DNA of 64,000 nucleotides, taken from the NCBI GenBank assembly GCA_013265495.1, contig MU061578.1, forward strand, positions 1,807,308-1,871,307, written 5' to 3'. The notes under the pieces are model-generated. The model saw only the letters and a list, made by a program, of their open reading frames with translations, had not been told where the DNA came from and ran no database searches. This document shows positions 37,141 to 49,799 of this stretch, piece after piece. The stretch is from Vicugna vicugna. Its lineage: Eukaryota. Within the stretch, counting starts at the first letter, position 1; each line of letters begins with the position of its first letter. A program made the translations under genes and the position numbers.

Positions 37141-38809
37141 TTAAAATTTTATTCCTATTTGTGAGGCCTTTCTTAATGCCAAGCACTGTCCTCTTGGTGC
37201 CCCCAGTCTAGTAGGGAAGACAGATCTTGGTCAGGGATGTGAGGGAAGGCTTTGCCAAGGAAGTGGCAATGGAGCTGAGATCTTAATGACGGGGAGAATG
37301 TGACCAGATGAAGTGGAAGAACGTGGTTTGGGAGGAAGAGTTAGGACGGTGAGGAAATGAAGAGTCACACCATATGGTTGTCTCCTATAAATCCCTAGTG
37401 CACTTCAGCTGGAGGATTATCCTAATAATAGAAACATTAGCAGTGGTGTACCCTAGAGAGACCGATCATGTATCCACAGAGACACTGATTGCAGATCCTG
37501 TGATCAGGTTCAACCGTCTTAACCTTGCCCCTCCTCCTTTCTAGTCATTTCCCCCCTCCTCTAAGACACTCACTCACACACTCTAAGATCCAGCTCAACT
37601 GAACCACTTGCGAGACAACAGGCACCATTACACCTCTAGCCCCTTGGCCACATCGTCCTTCCAGAACCACCCGTCACCTGGCCCAGTCTGAACTCATTCT
37701 TCCCGGTCCACCCAAAGGTGAACTTCTCTCTGTAGCTTCCATTGACCCATCCAGTTGGACTTGATTTTTTTCCAGGGGCCCTTCTAGCCAGACAAGAATC
37801 ACACACTCCCTCTAACCAGCTATAGCCTTGGCCTGTCTGGGCTGCGATCTCCTGGAGGCAAGGGCCATGTTCTGTCCAACTCAGTAGACTTGCCGTCTGG
37901 CCAGCGTCCAGCCTCTGAGCAGCTGCTCACTATGTTGGAAAGACTAAGAAGCAATTCCTCGCTGACCCAAAGTGCTACAGCACCAAGGAAGGGCACTGAA
38001 CTGTATTCCAGGAAGAAGTTTCTTCTGAGCACCATGGCCATCTGTGGCCCTCCCCTGCTCGGCACTCAGGTGATGAGGTTAATTTCACATCCATGTCAGC
38101 TTTGTGCCCACACCCTTATATCTATTTTAAATCCAACCTGCAGTTGAATTTTATAACTGCCTCCCCTCCTTTATACTAATAAGAATCAGTCAAATTCTTT
38201 AGGTGGATTGTTTTATAAAAACAAACAAAGGCTGAGAACCATTGTTACAAGGTGAGAACAGAAATGGTCATTAATGGTGGCATCAGACAGCAAGGAAAAT
38301 CTAAGACGTGCTCTCGAGTTCCAAAGGAGTGATGTCATTTACAAAATATAAAGATGGCCAAAAAAACTAAGATTGTCCTGAGTTTGCAATTACTCCTGCA
38401 AACTATCTAAAGAGCAATCTGTGACCAGGGAGAATCTTGGGCACCAGTGAAATTGGATGGGATTTTCATGGTACAGAGACTCCGCCCCGGCTAAAGAGCT
38501 GCACACCAAGGAAACGGAAAGGACATCAGAACAAATTCGGGCAGAACGGAGGCGAATGCTCGCTTCGTGCATTAACTGCAGTCACCTCTGCACAGATCAG
38601 CGAACCAATTACTTCCAAGACGCTGAAGCCGATGACCCCTGGGCAGGCAGTGTGCCGCCCAAGTCTCCAAGTCAGACTCTCTCAGCAGGGCTGGCTACTG
38701 CACCGATTCTGCTTCTGCAGACTCCGCCACGCACTGCTTCGTGGGTTCCCGCACACGGGCGACCACGATGGGCAACTAACACCTCCTCCCCCTGACCTTG
38801 CGTTTGCCC

Positions 38810-39380
38810 CTCTCAGCCCTCCACGGGCCGGGCAGAGACACCTTTACAAACCACATGTGACCACGTTACGTGATGGTTTAAACCCTATATGGATGGCTGC
38901 CCGCGCCATTCCGGACACAGCCTGACACCCTGCACGGTGCACTCCCGGCCACAGCCCCTACCTTGTTTGGTTGTTAGTGAACAGACACACCCTCCCTCTG
39001 GACCGCTTGTGCGCCAGCACCAGGGACTTCCCGGTTCTGGGTCACGCCTCGCTGCCCGCCTTCCACAGGGATGCTGCGCATGCTGCGTCTTTGACCTGGG
39101 ATGCTCCTAGCACCCCATTAACTCTCATCAGTGCTTCCTGGTGGAACTCTCTGCTACGTGATCTGAGGAGCCCATTATCCTTCCTTCAGAACCCCTCTCA
39201 CAGCTGTCACTGAACGGTCCACTGAAAAGTTTCTGATTCAAGCCTTCCTGTGTCACAGTGTGTCGGCCCCATGAGGGCAGGGACTGCGTCTGCCTGTGCA
39301 CCCTTTGAAGTCTAGCACCGACCACCCTGCAGTGGATATGGAAGGCGTGTAATAAGCACTTGCTGAAGGAAGGAAAGATG
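38810..39380 (+). mobile_element. L2 LINE 3' region (unusually CpG-rich)
   Basis: CCTTTACAAACCACATGTGACCACG...CCATGAGGGCAGGGACTGCGTCTGCCTGTGCACC...AATAAGCACTTGCTGAAGGAA. Confidence 0.6.
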
Positions 39381-39384
39381 GATG

Positions 39385-39497
39385 GAAGCGAGGGTGAGGG
39401 GAGAGAAGACAGGAGGAAAGGGAGGGAGGAAGGAAGGAGAGAGGGAAGGGGGGACAGAAGGAAAGACTGAGGGGAGAGGGGGAGGGACGAGGAGGGC
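39385..39497 (+). repeat. Purine-rich (GGAG/GGAA) low-complexity tract
   Basis: GGAGGAAAGGGAGGGAGGAAGGAAGGAGAGAGGGAAGGGGG seen directly. Confidence 0.85.
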
Positions 39498-39559
39498 TGG
39501 CTTCCTCACCCCGTGGCTAACTTCAGACACAGTTGCAGTGACTACCCACTTCTCTAAGA

Positions 39560-40055
39560 GTCACTTCCCTCCCCACCCCCTCTGTGCCTAGCTCAGTCCA
39601 GAAGTCAGGTCTGAAGCACCTGACCTTGGTTCCATTAGGACTGTGCAGAGTAGGGAGGGAACTTCTACCTGATCTCAGTTCAATGCTCTCCCAGGAATTT
39701 GGAAGACACTGCTAAGTTTCCACTGGCTGCTAGAACCAAGACTCCGTTATCATGGGGTCACCCTTCTCTGCCACGTGTGCAGAGAACACAGAAGCAGCCA
39801 AGCCTTGGAGCAGGAAAAACGGAGCAGAGAGAAAAACAGGCATGAGTGGAGGAGCCATGGGGTGGGAGGCTTCTCGATGGGGGGGGTGCTGCCTCGTAGC
39901 CGGATTACTTAGCGGCTCAGGATGCCGGTCCTCCTGGGACTGACGTTCCCCATCTTTCAGTGCTGAGACTCACTCCTGTGCTGTGTAATGAATATCCCCA
40001 TTTTCTGAGCTACTTTGAGTGGGTCTCTCTTACTTGCCAACAAAATGAGCTGCGT
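39560..40055 (+). mobile_element. Old ERVL-type LTR (LTR16/LTR33-like)
   Basis: 3' end CCCCATTTTCTGAGCTACTTTGAGTGGGTCTCTCTTACTTGCCAACAAAATGAGC resembles ERVL LTR termini; 5' boundary uncertain. Confidence 0.5.
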
Positions 40056-41074
40056 GTCTCAAAGGTTGGCTCACCCAGCTGGGGGCCTCTCTACCAGCCC
40101 TGTTCTCAGATACGCCTGCTGTATCTTGACCACGTGAGACATCACAACTGCATGTACTGTCTCCAAGCTTCTCGGTAGCCCCTGGCCTTATCCAGGCATT
40201 TGGAGCTTAGCTGTCCTTAAAAGGGGCCTGAAGCCGCATCAGCACAGAGTAATGCAACCAGGACCATATGGGCTTACGATGTGTGATCTGGCAACGGAGG
40301 AGTGTGGAGGGGCTGGTGCCAGCCACACCTCAGATGGGAGGCGAGTGGGCCGGAGCAGGAAGCGAGGGTGGAGACAGTGACCTCCCCAAGGGAATCCAGC
40401 GGCTCTCGGCCATGTAACACGAGGGTGCTGACCACTGGCCATCACTGCAGCAGTGACCAGTCACACCTGGCTGTGCAAATGATTCTGTGTGTCCCTGAAT
40501 TCTCTGTAGGACCTGAGCACCTGAGCTCCAGACTCAGAATCAATATGTCGTTTTACTGTAAACATGTGGTTTGTTTTCTGAGAGTCATGAGTTAAACCAG
40601 CATCTCCCACTGCAGCAGGCATCAGCACCCACACAGCTAGGGCAGCCCGGGACACTCTGGGAGCTGACTGCCCCACAACACCTCTTTCTGCGCCTTACCC
40701 CATTCCCACAGCTGATGCCTGGTTTCTGTATTGAGCGTTCCCCTAAAGATCCTTTTCTCCCTCTTTGCATTTGTTGAATGTAAGGACTGAGCTGAACAAG
40801 AGCACAGTCCAACAGCCAATAGTTCTAAACTAAAAAGGAATGAGTCCCCCCACCCCCATCTCTCTAACATCACCATGCCTGGCAGTCCTGGTAAACAGAG
40901 ACCTAATCTTCACCTCCTCGGGGGGACCTCGCCAAGCACAGGAAAGAGCTCCCCCCACCCTACTCTGGAATCCCATTTGTACTTATGAGCTCTCATAAGT
41001 TGCGGACATCTGTCTGTCTGTCCTCTCCACTAGCTTCAGCACTGGACAGCGCCAGGCTACACTTCACTTGATTC

Positions 41075-41290
41075 CTGAGCGACAGTGCTATAGTGATTCG
41101 GGACCCAGACTCAGGCTCAAAATCACTTCTCAGGTTCATTTAGCTACGTAACTCTGGGCAAGCTGCTTGACCTCTCTGAGCCTCTGTTTTCTTACTTCTC
41201 GAATGGAGAGAATAATGCCCAGGCTCCTTAGAGGCTGGGTGTGAGGATCACATAGCAGAACTACCCAGCATTGCTAGACAATAAACGTTG
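41075..41290 (+). mobile_element. MIR SINE
   Basis: TAGCTACGTAACTCTGGGCAAGCTGCTTGACCTCTCTGAGCCTCTGTTTTCTT. Confidence 0.8.
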
Positions 41291-43153
41291 ATCATGACAG
41301 ATGGCCAACAATGATGCCTACTTGGTCCACAACAGCCCTTTCAATAAACAAAGTCAACACGTGCTTTGCAAAAATCTGCCCAACAAGTAAGATCTTCCAG
41401 GTGATTGGGACAGCAGAGCCCAGGCAGACCAGCGGCCAACACAGCACCGGGTTTCACATAGTAGGTGTCCTTTACGATTTCCCAAAATAAGAAACCAATG
41501 GGGCTCTTCCTTCAGTGGTGAAATACAATTGTAGCAGCTGCTCAAAGGCTTACATTTGACTTGCCGTACTGTTTAAAGGCAATGAACATCAATTAGTCTG
41601 ACTGCTGCATTTAATTTGACTGCACTTACTTTGTCCAGCAAGGGCTCAGGTCCACTATCTGTGGCCACACCATGGGAGGATGCGTCGTCGTCTCCCTCCC
41701 TCGGGAAGCCAACTTCTCTCCTCAAAGCTCGAGGGACCCTCAAGAGACTAACGATATTACACCCCACCCGCCACCCTCCCTTTGAGGCTTATTGTTGGTG
41801 TGTTTAATTTCCTGTCTTGGCCTTACAGGAGGTTTCTAATGTTTGGGCTGTAGGGTATGTTCTGATTAAAAATAATCCTCCCAATTATGGGCTGGCATGA
41901 GCCTCCTGTCACATGCACTCTGCCACCAGCCTCTGCTTCCCTGTCAGCAATAATTGTGTCTGCACTGCCTAACTGTAAATGAAAACCCAAGGGGCACGTG
42001 TGGGTCCCCGGTTCCTGGGCCGCCCCGGATCTTTTAATTTGCGCTGTCTGTCAAAAAGATGCTGCTGGGTGTACTCCAAAGAAATCCTTCGGCTCTCAGA
42101 TTCAAGGCCAGGAGGAGCAAGGGTACCACAGCCTTCGCAGAGCGATCGTGTTTGAACCTGGCAGAGATAGCAGGATGCACAGAAGGCCACGAGGCTCTTT
42201 TTATTTCGCTCCAAACTTCAGCTAGCCCCAGGGTGAAGAGGGAAGCGGAACTCGAGGGAAACTTCAAGGTGTATTTAGATGATTTTTTTTCCACCAAGTA
42301 CATAAGACAGGACATTCGATGCAAAGCATGCGGTAGCGACTCTGTGGAAGGAAATACATACATGAGACCTGATTATTTCAATCTCTATAAAATTAAAACT
42401 TCCCAGGTGTAGAGAGAGGGGAGCAAGGTGCTTTCAGCTGGGAAGTATCAGTAAGTTCTTCTTGTATAAGAAAAGCAGAGATGTCCCCGTGGCCAGGCCC
42501 GGAACAAGCACCTCAATAGAGTGATGAGTCGAAAAAGCGGCACTCGGAGAAGTCACTCAGCAAAGGTCTGCTTTAGGAGTAAGGAAGAGGTAGGGGAGGT
42601 GCCTTGGTGGTCCCCTGTACCCACATCCCTCTTCCTAAGAGGGCAGCTTCCCAGGACTGGGGATGCCTGGCCTTGCTCATAACGCTTGTTTCTCCCAGGA
42701 CAGATGATTGGAAGAGGGGGAGACCTGACTCTCAGATGGGAACTGGGCACCCCATCTTAGGAATTTACAACTAGGACATGAAGGCAACATGCCACTGTCA
42801 GCTCACGGACATGGAACTTGAGCAGCGACACAGACTGAGGGCTGGGGCACCTTTGGGGAGCAGCTATGGTGGAAAGGGAGACAGCCCAGCAGAGCAAGGC
42901 CACCTGGGTCCCAGGCAGCGTTTCTGTCTCTCTTCCACCACTGCTGATGCCCTGAACACCCTACGCTGACGATACGCTCAAGATACTGGAGTGCCTTCCC
43001 GAGCAAGAAAGGGCCCCTTTGGCTGAGCCTAGCTCGGGTAGGGTTTCTGGTGCTTACAGCTTATATTTTGGGGACTGAATGATCTAGGTGAGACCTATTC
43101 AGGACCATGGGTTGTTCAAGGCCAGGCACTGTGCCAATGAATCCTGCCCTGTG

Positions 43154-43368
43154 GATCAGACATCAAACTACAGACTGTGGGTCTAATCCAACAAAGACTT
43201 GTTTCTGTAAATAAAGTTTCACTGGGACATGGCCACGCTCCTTCATCTGTGTATTATCTGTGGCTGTGTTCACACTATAAGAGAAATGAGTAGTCATAGC
43301 AGACTCTGACTCATAGACTCCAAAACATTTACTACTTGGCCCTTTATAGAAAAAGATTGCCACCCTTG
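43154..43368 (+). mobile_element. MER58A-type hAT-Charlie relic
   Basis: GTAAATAAAGTTTCACTGGGACATGGCCACGCTC...TATTATCTGTGGCTG...ATTTACTACTTGGCCCTTTATAGAAAAAGATTGCCACCCTTG. Confidence 0.85.
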
Positions 43369-43429
43369 ACACAGAAGCTTACACAGATTCACATACAGGT
43401 TCTCAAAGATCTAAATAAATAAATATATG

Positions 43430-43665
43430 AATAATAATAATAATAATTACTAATAGTAACTACTATGCATTTACCACATACCAGGCATTTTACTTACAAA
43501 ATCCCCCCCCCAAGGCATAACATCCACTATTTCCCTCTTGATGATGATGATATTGATATTTAAGAATCTGAAAGAAGTTGCCTTAGATCTTATCGCTAAT
43601 AACCAGCAAAGCCAGGATCCAGATCCAGTTCTGTGTGACTGTAAAATTCATACTTAACCACTATT
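43430..43665 (-). mobile_element. MIR SINE with (AAT)n edge
   Basis: ATTTACCACATACCAGGCA...AAGTTGCCTTAGATC...GCCAGGATCCAGATCCAG. Confidence 0.55.
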
Positions 43666-44879
43666 CGGTAAACCTATCAGTTTTTAAAAAATGGAGATGT
43701 TGACAAGTTTCTGGGGGCCCTGGAGCTCATGTCTAGCAGGAGCAGAGAAAGTGTAACCACCCACTTCATAAAGCAGTCTCCCCAAAACGGTTTCCTTCAC
43801 TGATGCCACCACAAACCTAGAGAATTCCACATCTCCACCCTTGACAGGGGCTGTGGTCTGTGACGCTTCTTAGAGGTACGGGGGGGGGGGCGGGGCAAAG
43901 TCAATCAGAGACAGGAAAGATTCTTAATTCCTGCAGACAGACTCTTGGGTTGAAGGATTAAAGACCGGCAGAAAGAGATGGGGATCACGGGCTGATTATG
44001 AGCATCCCATGAAATTGCCTGGGAGATGAAAACGTTCCTTCCCGTCACAGCAGAAACGGCCACTGAGTTCTTTCCACCAAGAGGAATGAGGCTTCTCAGC
44101 AGACGTCCATGAGTTCATGTGAACTGAGTTTACCCACATCCATCAGTGTCTGGAGCCCGCCTGGAATGTACTCGGTATTAAGGAGACCAGAGGCTCTCAT
44201 CCCTGTCCTAACTGCTGAACTTCTCACATGAAAACCTCAAGATGGCAAGAGAGGAGCGACCTCTGCAGAAATTGGACACCAAAAGCTCTGCTCCTTCCAA
44301 CACATGAAAATCGATGCGGCAGAGGGCTCAGGGTTACCTGAGACTCGCCAGCTCCAGGAACCAGGGCGGAAGCGAAAGGAGACAGTTCCCTTTTGGTTTC
44401 TACCCTACGTAGTTTCAACTCTCAGCTCAAATATCGCTTCCTTAGCAAAGCTGCCTCCATCTGCCTCTGCAGCAGATCTAGGACCGGCTCCCTTGTCATC
44501 ACGTTTATCTCACTTACAACCACACAGCAAAATGGAACCATTTGATCAGCATCTGCCTCTCCTGCTGGAATGACTGACTATTCCATGAGGGCTCAGACAC
44601 ACAGGGTTTTGGTCTCCACCGAAAGCTCTGCTCCCTACACGGGGTCTAGAACAAAACCCGTGCTCATTAAATACCTGCTGAATGGATGAATGAATGAGTG
44701 AATAATTGTAGACGGCAACCACGTTCTTCTCTGTCACTGCCAGGGTCTCAGCCTAAGATCCAGGGCTTCATCACTAAACCATCGCATCCTTGAAAACTCT
44801 TCCTTTAGCCCAGTTTCCCAACTGACCCCATATCCAGCTTCTGATGGGTCAGTTAAAGGACCCAAGACAACATCTGAAG

Positions 44880-45090
44880 AGACGAATGTGGGCTCTGACC
44901 TTGGGAGTCGCACCTACCTGGGTACAAATCCCAGCTTTAGCACCTCCTAGCTGTGTGACCTTGAGTAAATTACTTCACATTTCTGAGCCTCATTTTCTTC
45001 ATGTATAAGGTAGAAATGGCAGTGACTCTTTGCAGATTCTTTCAAGGATTAAATGAGATAACATAAGAGAAAAGGCTTAGAGTGTGATTA
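44880..45090 (+). mobile_element. MIR SINE
   Basis: CTGGGTACAAATCCCAGCTT...CTAGCTGTGTGACCTTGAGTAAATTACTTCAC...AGGATTAAATGAGATAA. Confidence 0.85.
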
Positions 45091-47091
45091 CAGTGGAAGT
45101 CCGAAGAGCTGGACCCTCTATAACCACATCCAAGTCTTTCTCCCCAGCTGAAGATGATCTTAAGAAACAGGAAAAGTGATGAGAAATATTGGAAGTTAAA
45201 GAAATTCAGTAAATATCCATTTGAGACAAATAGGGACATAGGTATGTGAGAGTATACATCGAGACAATAACAACAACGGAGAACAGCAGTAATAATACTA
45301 AGGAAGTGGAGGAGGAGAAGCAACACCCAGTGCTCGCCCCGGGCCACGCACTGTGATAAGCTGTCTGCATGCAGCACCCCCCTGAATTCTCACGACATCC
45401 CTATGCCGAGGGCATGCTTGTTTCTAAGTTTCCGATGAAGCATAATACTCAGAGAGCTTAAGGATTTGTGCAAGTTCCCATGGAGAAACTAGACTTCAAC
45501 CCTGATCTGAAGGGCAATTCTGCTGTGTTTGCTCTCAGAGAGAATGTCCCCATCCCAAATAAACATCACTTGCTCGTGGCGGCTCAGAGGAGGCCTGGGG
45601 TGACATCACAGAGGCACCGATTGGGTCTTTACGAGAGACGAGCTTAGATGTGCCGCGATGCCGTGATCAGCTCTCCCATACAGAGGAGGTTTCTGCAAAA
45701 CAGATAATCCCTTCCCAACCAATTCACATGGGTTACTCTCCATCATCTCACTATTTTTGTTGATCTTTGTCACTGGAGAGAGAAATTGTGCGGGTACAAG
45801 CAAGAGGCTTACAAAAGCCACTCAGACATGGTGACTCTAAGTAACTGTTTCCTCCCCTGAATGGCAACCCTCACTCCCCAGCCTTTGGACTCTCCTCTTC
45901 AGGTATATGGCACCATGAGAAAGATTCTCCCACGATCCTAATGGACCTCCTCCCATGACACTGGGTAGGCTGGAGGGGATCAACCAGCCAGTTCCATTGA
46001 TGTGAAGTGGAGAATGGACGCAGCCGTCAGAAAGCTCACGAGAGGCTGAGACACAAACAGCTTTATAGAGCTCGGGTACAAAGCACATCCTTGGGAAGGC
46101 ATGCTGCTTTTGTTCATTCATCACCTTTTCTTTGAATCAATCTATTTCCCCATGAAAAGTAGCTTTCTGTTTCTATTACCAAGATTAATGTGCCAACAGT
46201 ACGCAACCATAACCATAGCATAAACTAGACTGTATGGAGGAGGGGAGAAAAGAGACCAAAAAACCAAAACCAAAACCAAAGGAAAGAAAAACGCCTTCAG
46301 CGCATGGTGTGATAGATTTGCTCAGATTACTGCATTATTTACACCACCGACAACACTTTATTTTGGAGCTTCATAACTCATTGCTCTTTAAAGAAAAGGA
46401 AACTAGCTGTGCCTACTTCAACATGGAGCAAGAAAATGTACCATAAAGAAAACCCATCCTCTACCCTGTAGGTCTCAGTTTAAAAAAAAAAACAAAACAA
46501 TTCTATTTAATATGTTCTGGACTCCAGAGCACCTTATTACCTTATTTAATTCAGACCAGGGAAGATGTCTCAAAATGAAAATGGCACTAACGTGATAGGA
46601 ACTAGGCTACGGAATGTGGACATCATATTTCCCTCCCAGAGATAATCAGCTTATCGGAATTCATTTCAACCGAAGAAAGGTCTCGCAACGACACTGAAAA
46701 TTCAAGCCGGTCTCATCATCTCAAGAATGTAATCTCGAGGAAATGGTAAAACTATCAAGGCAAGCTGGGTGCTGTTATCTTTATGTATAAGAACCATAAG
46801 CATCAGATCGCGACACAATCGCTGCTTGCGCTCTCCCAAGTGTGGGAGAGACCTCAATGCAAAATACATCAAGTGCCCGTGCTGGTAATACCGTGATTTT
46901 TTTCCCCGCGTTGTCACCAAGGGTGCTTTTCAAAGATGCATTGCTACATTCTTTACATCTAAAACATTCCCCCTAAATTTGGTATTCTGAAACATATAAG
47001 GATCTTTTAAAAACTGTTTCCTAAATGAGTCACTAATTTAAATTAGTAGCGGCTTTAATCTCTTCTTGCTCTTAACTAGCTGTTTGGCCTT

Positions 47092-47376
47092 TTTCTGTGT
47101 ATGTACATATATATTTTTTTCATTTTTTATTGAAGCATAGTCAGTTAACAATGTTGTGTCAATTCCTGGTGTACAGCATAATGCTTCAGTCATACACAAA
47201 CATACATATATTCGTTTTCATATTCTTTTTCACCGCAATTACTACAAGATATTGAATACAGTTCCCTGTGTTATACAGTAGAAACTTGCTGTTTATCTAT
47301 TTTATATATATTAGTTGGTATCTGCAAATCTCAAACTCCCAATTTATCCCTTCCCACCCCCTTCCCCCACCTGGTA
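47092..47376 (-). mobile_element. Young 5'-truncated L1 3' end inserted in a MIR
   Basis: TTTTATTGAAGCATAGTCAGTTAACAATGTTGTGTCAATTCCTGGTGTACAGC...AAACTCCCAATTTATCCCTTCCC; perfect 11-bp TSD TGTTTGGCCTT (47081-47091 / 47377-47387). Confidence 0.9.
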
Positions 47377-47717
47377 TGTTTGGCCTTGATTAGCTTACTG
47401 ACCTCTGAGCCCCAGTTTCCTCCTTTGCAAAAGAAAGGGGTTAAACCTTCATGATTTAAAGTGCTCTTTCCTTTTAATTTCTCCAGATGCTCTGCTTCCT
47501 GTGCATTCTCATAAGGAGGAAAAATCAATGCATGCATCAGCAAAGACCTCCCAAAAAGGTAAGTAATTCTCAACAGGAGACAACAGCGAGATAAAATATA
47601 CTGGGTGTGCCTCTTGGTATGAAACTCAACCCCCACACACCAAAAAAAAATCAAACAAAAACAGAGAAAAGTCATCTAGTCAGAAAGGAATATCTAATTT
47701 TAAAAGAATTGCAGTGG

Positions 47718-47860
47718 AAGGGAGGAGGGTACAGCTCAGTGGTAGAGCACATGCTTAGCATGCACAAGGTCCAGGGTGTAATCCCCAGTACCTCCATTAA
47801 AAATAAGTAGATAAATAAACCTAATTATCTCCCCCTAAAATAAAAACTCCAAAAAAAGAG
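47718..47860 (+). mobile_element. tRNA-Ala-derived camelid-type SINE
   Basis: GGAGGGTACAGCTCAGTGGTAGAGCACATGCTTAGCATGCACAAGGTCC; TSD AAAGAATTGCAGTGG (47703-47717) / AAAGAAATGCAGTGG (47861-47875). Confidence 0.93.
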
Positions 47861-48623
47861 AAAGAAATGCAGTGGTTTTTTAGAAGATAAAAGAATACTC
47901 CCCATAGTCAGTCCTTCACATTCAGCAAAGCACCACCAAGCCATTTCGCACAACGTTCCAGAGAAAGAAAGACAATGCAAGGAAGGAAAAACAGCCAGAC
48001 AGAAAAGTAGATCAACACGGCATGCAACATCTCTGTGTGGGAGAAGGGAACGTCCTCAAACTAGACCAGAGTCTTCAAAAGTTTGGTCAGTGGTCCGAGG
48101 ACACATCAACTCATCATCAAAAGTTACGTATTTAATGTGAGACCTCATTCAAACCTGTTTCAGGGCATATTTTCTAAGTGACAAATAATTAAGTTAAGTG
48201 ACAAATAATTGTAGACTCAGCCATAGGAAACAGGATGTTTCAAGATAAAAATGTTTGCTTTGCCAGTTTTCTCATGAGACACAGTAACAACCAGTGGTAA
48301 GAACTCAAGACCTAAAGTGAGCAAAATTTGGGTGCTGGTTTTCCTCTGGGTTTGACACTTCTGGACCTCTCTGAACCTCAGCATCCTCCTCTGGCAGGAG
48401 GCTAGCAGTACCTAAACCACAGGACAGGACGACTCTGAGGACTGAAGCAAAGTAATGAATGTAAAACGCTTCCAAAGCACTCACACATGTATCTCTTTGA
48501 TGAATTTTAGCAACTTCTATTATGCGAAGCCTCAAAGTTTGGGCTCAGATGGAGCATTTACTATAATTTCTAGACCTGCTTCCTAAACTTTCTCTGTAAT
48601 ATTTTTCCACTGAAGAATCTTTT

Positions 48624-48758
48624 CTTTTTTAGGGGGGAGGCCGTTAGGTTTGTTTGTTTATTGATTGACTGATTGATTGATTGGAGTTTCCGGGGATTGA
48701 ATCCAGGAACTCTTGCATGCTAAGCACACATTCAGCCACTGAGCTCTACCCTCCCTGG
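48624..48758 (-). mobile_element. tRNA-Ala-derived camelid-type SINE
   Basis: GGGGATTGAATCCAGGAACTCTTGCATGCTAAGCACAC; TSD CCACTGAAGAATCTTTT (48607-48623) / CCACGGAAGGATCTTTT (48759-48775). Confidence 0.9.
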
Positions 48759-49799
48759 CCACGGAAGGATCTTTTCAATCACAATTTTGAGTTACTTTTA
48801 CTTGCTTCACGGAGATGCTTACCCGACATTGCTTCAACCTTTTACAAAAATTAGAACAGGATCACATTAATAAAGGTACTTGCTTTTAATAAGGTCTGTG
48901 CCACTTAGTAAGAAAATAGTCCTTAATCCTAAAGCAAACTCTTAGACAGGCAGCTGGAAAAAAATTTCACTTAATTTCTACCCATGGTCCATATCCTTCA
49001 ATACCATGTGATGCCCCATAAAAATACAGCATTCATGCATACGAGATTCTGGGTTATTCCCTCCTGTAGATTTAGAGTCTGGATGAGCAGCACTTCTTTC
49101 AGATTTGAAATATGTGGGCATCTCATATACATCTACAATTTAAAGAAGCAAAAGGGAAAAAAAAAATCTACATTCCAAAGTTCCCAGGTTTTATTTCTAA
49201 TCCTCAAGGATTTTTTCAATGACAATTCAGAGGAAGTAAATGCCTTTAAAGGGAACATAATACACGTAAGTCACTTTCGTTCGTTTTAACGTGTGCACCC
49301 ACTGATTAATCCTTTCAGCATTTTCTGAACTCCCACTTCATGAAAACCATCAAAGCATCAGGCCAGGTATCGCTCGGGATTCAGAGATGGATGGGGAGCT
49401 CCGTTTTCTAACCGAGCTCACATTAATAATAGCTGATATAAAGCAACAGTAAAGCCAGGTTCCAAGCAGAGCAACAGGTGGGTTCTGACTTGGGGCTGGG
49501 TGGGGGGAGGCGGGGGGCAGTGGAGGAAATACACATGGTGAAGTGACAGCTGAGATGATTCACAGAGAATAATTAGGTTTTGTTTGTTTTGCAGTCAGAG
49601 GAGGGGAGAACAAAGAAACGGAAATACTGCGGTTTAAAGAGAGAGTTTGGCTAACCAGGTGGAAGCGTGATGCTCCAAATCATATTGGGGGTTCTGAGCT
49701 ATCTTCGGGGGCCCATACGTGGGGAGGTTATTGAGGGGAATGATCCTGGAAAAATGAGACCAGATGGAGGAGGCTCCCTGGGACGTACGTAATCACAGC

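Noticed and set aside
38437..38925. 162-aa ORF and overlapping 112-aa ORF
   Set aside because: No ATG start, no recognisable domain, partly L2-derived, and explained by local GC richness
42034..42412. 117-aa/109-aa overlapping ORFs with one CxxC
   Set aside because: No recognisable homology, a single CxxC only, and no convincing splice boundaries
46831..46850. Hairpin resembling an iron-responsive element
   Set aside because: Loop reads AAGTGT rather than CAGTGN and the stem is perfect with no bulged C
47718..47797. tRNA-Ala(AGC)-like sequences here and in the five sibling copies
   Set aside because: Each is followed by the same SINE tail, flanked by TSD-like repeats and carries stem-breaking substitutions; these are SINE heads, not tRNA genes
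48175..48210. Direct repeat TAAGTGACAAATAATT x2 (period 20)
   Set aside because: Ordinary local tandem duplication; two copies only, no array
49490..49520. G-run clusters (also about 34608-34627 and 43880-43895) as G-quadruplexes
   Set aside because: Common low-complexity tracts with no supporting context for function
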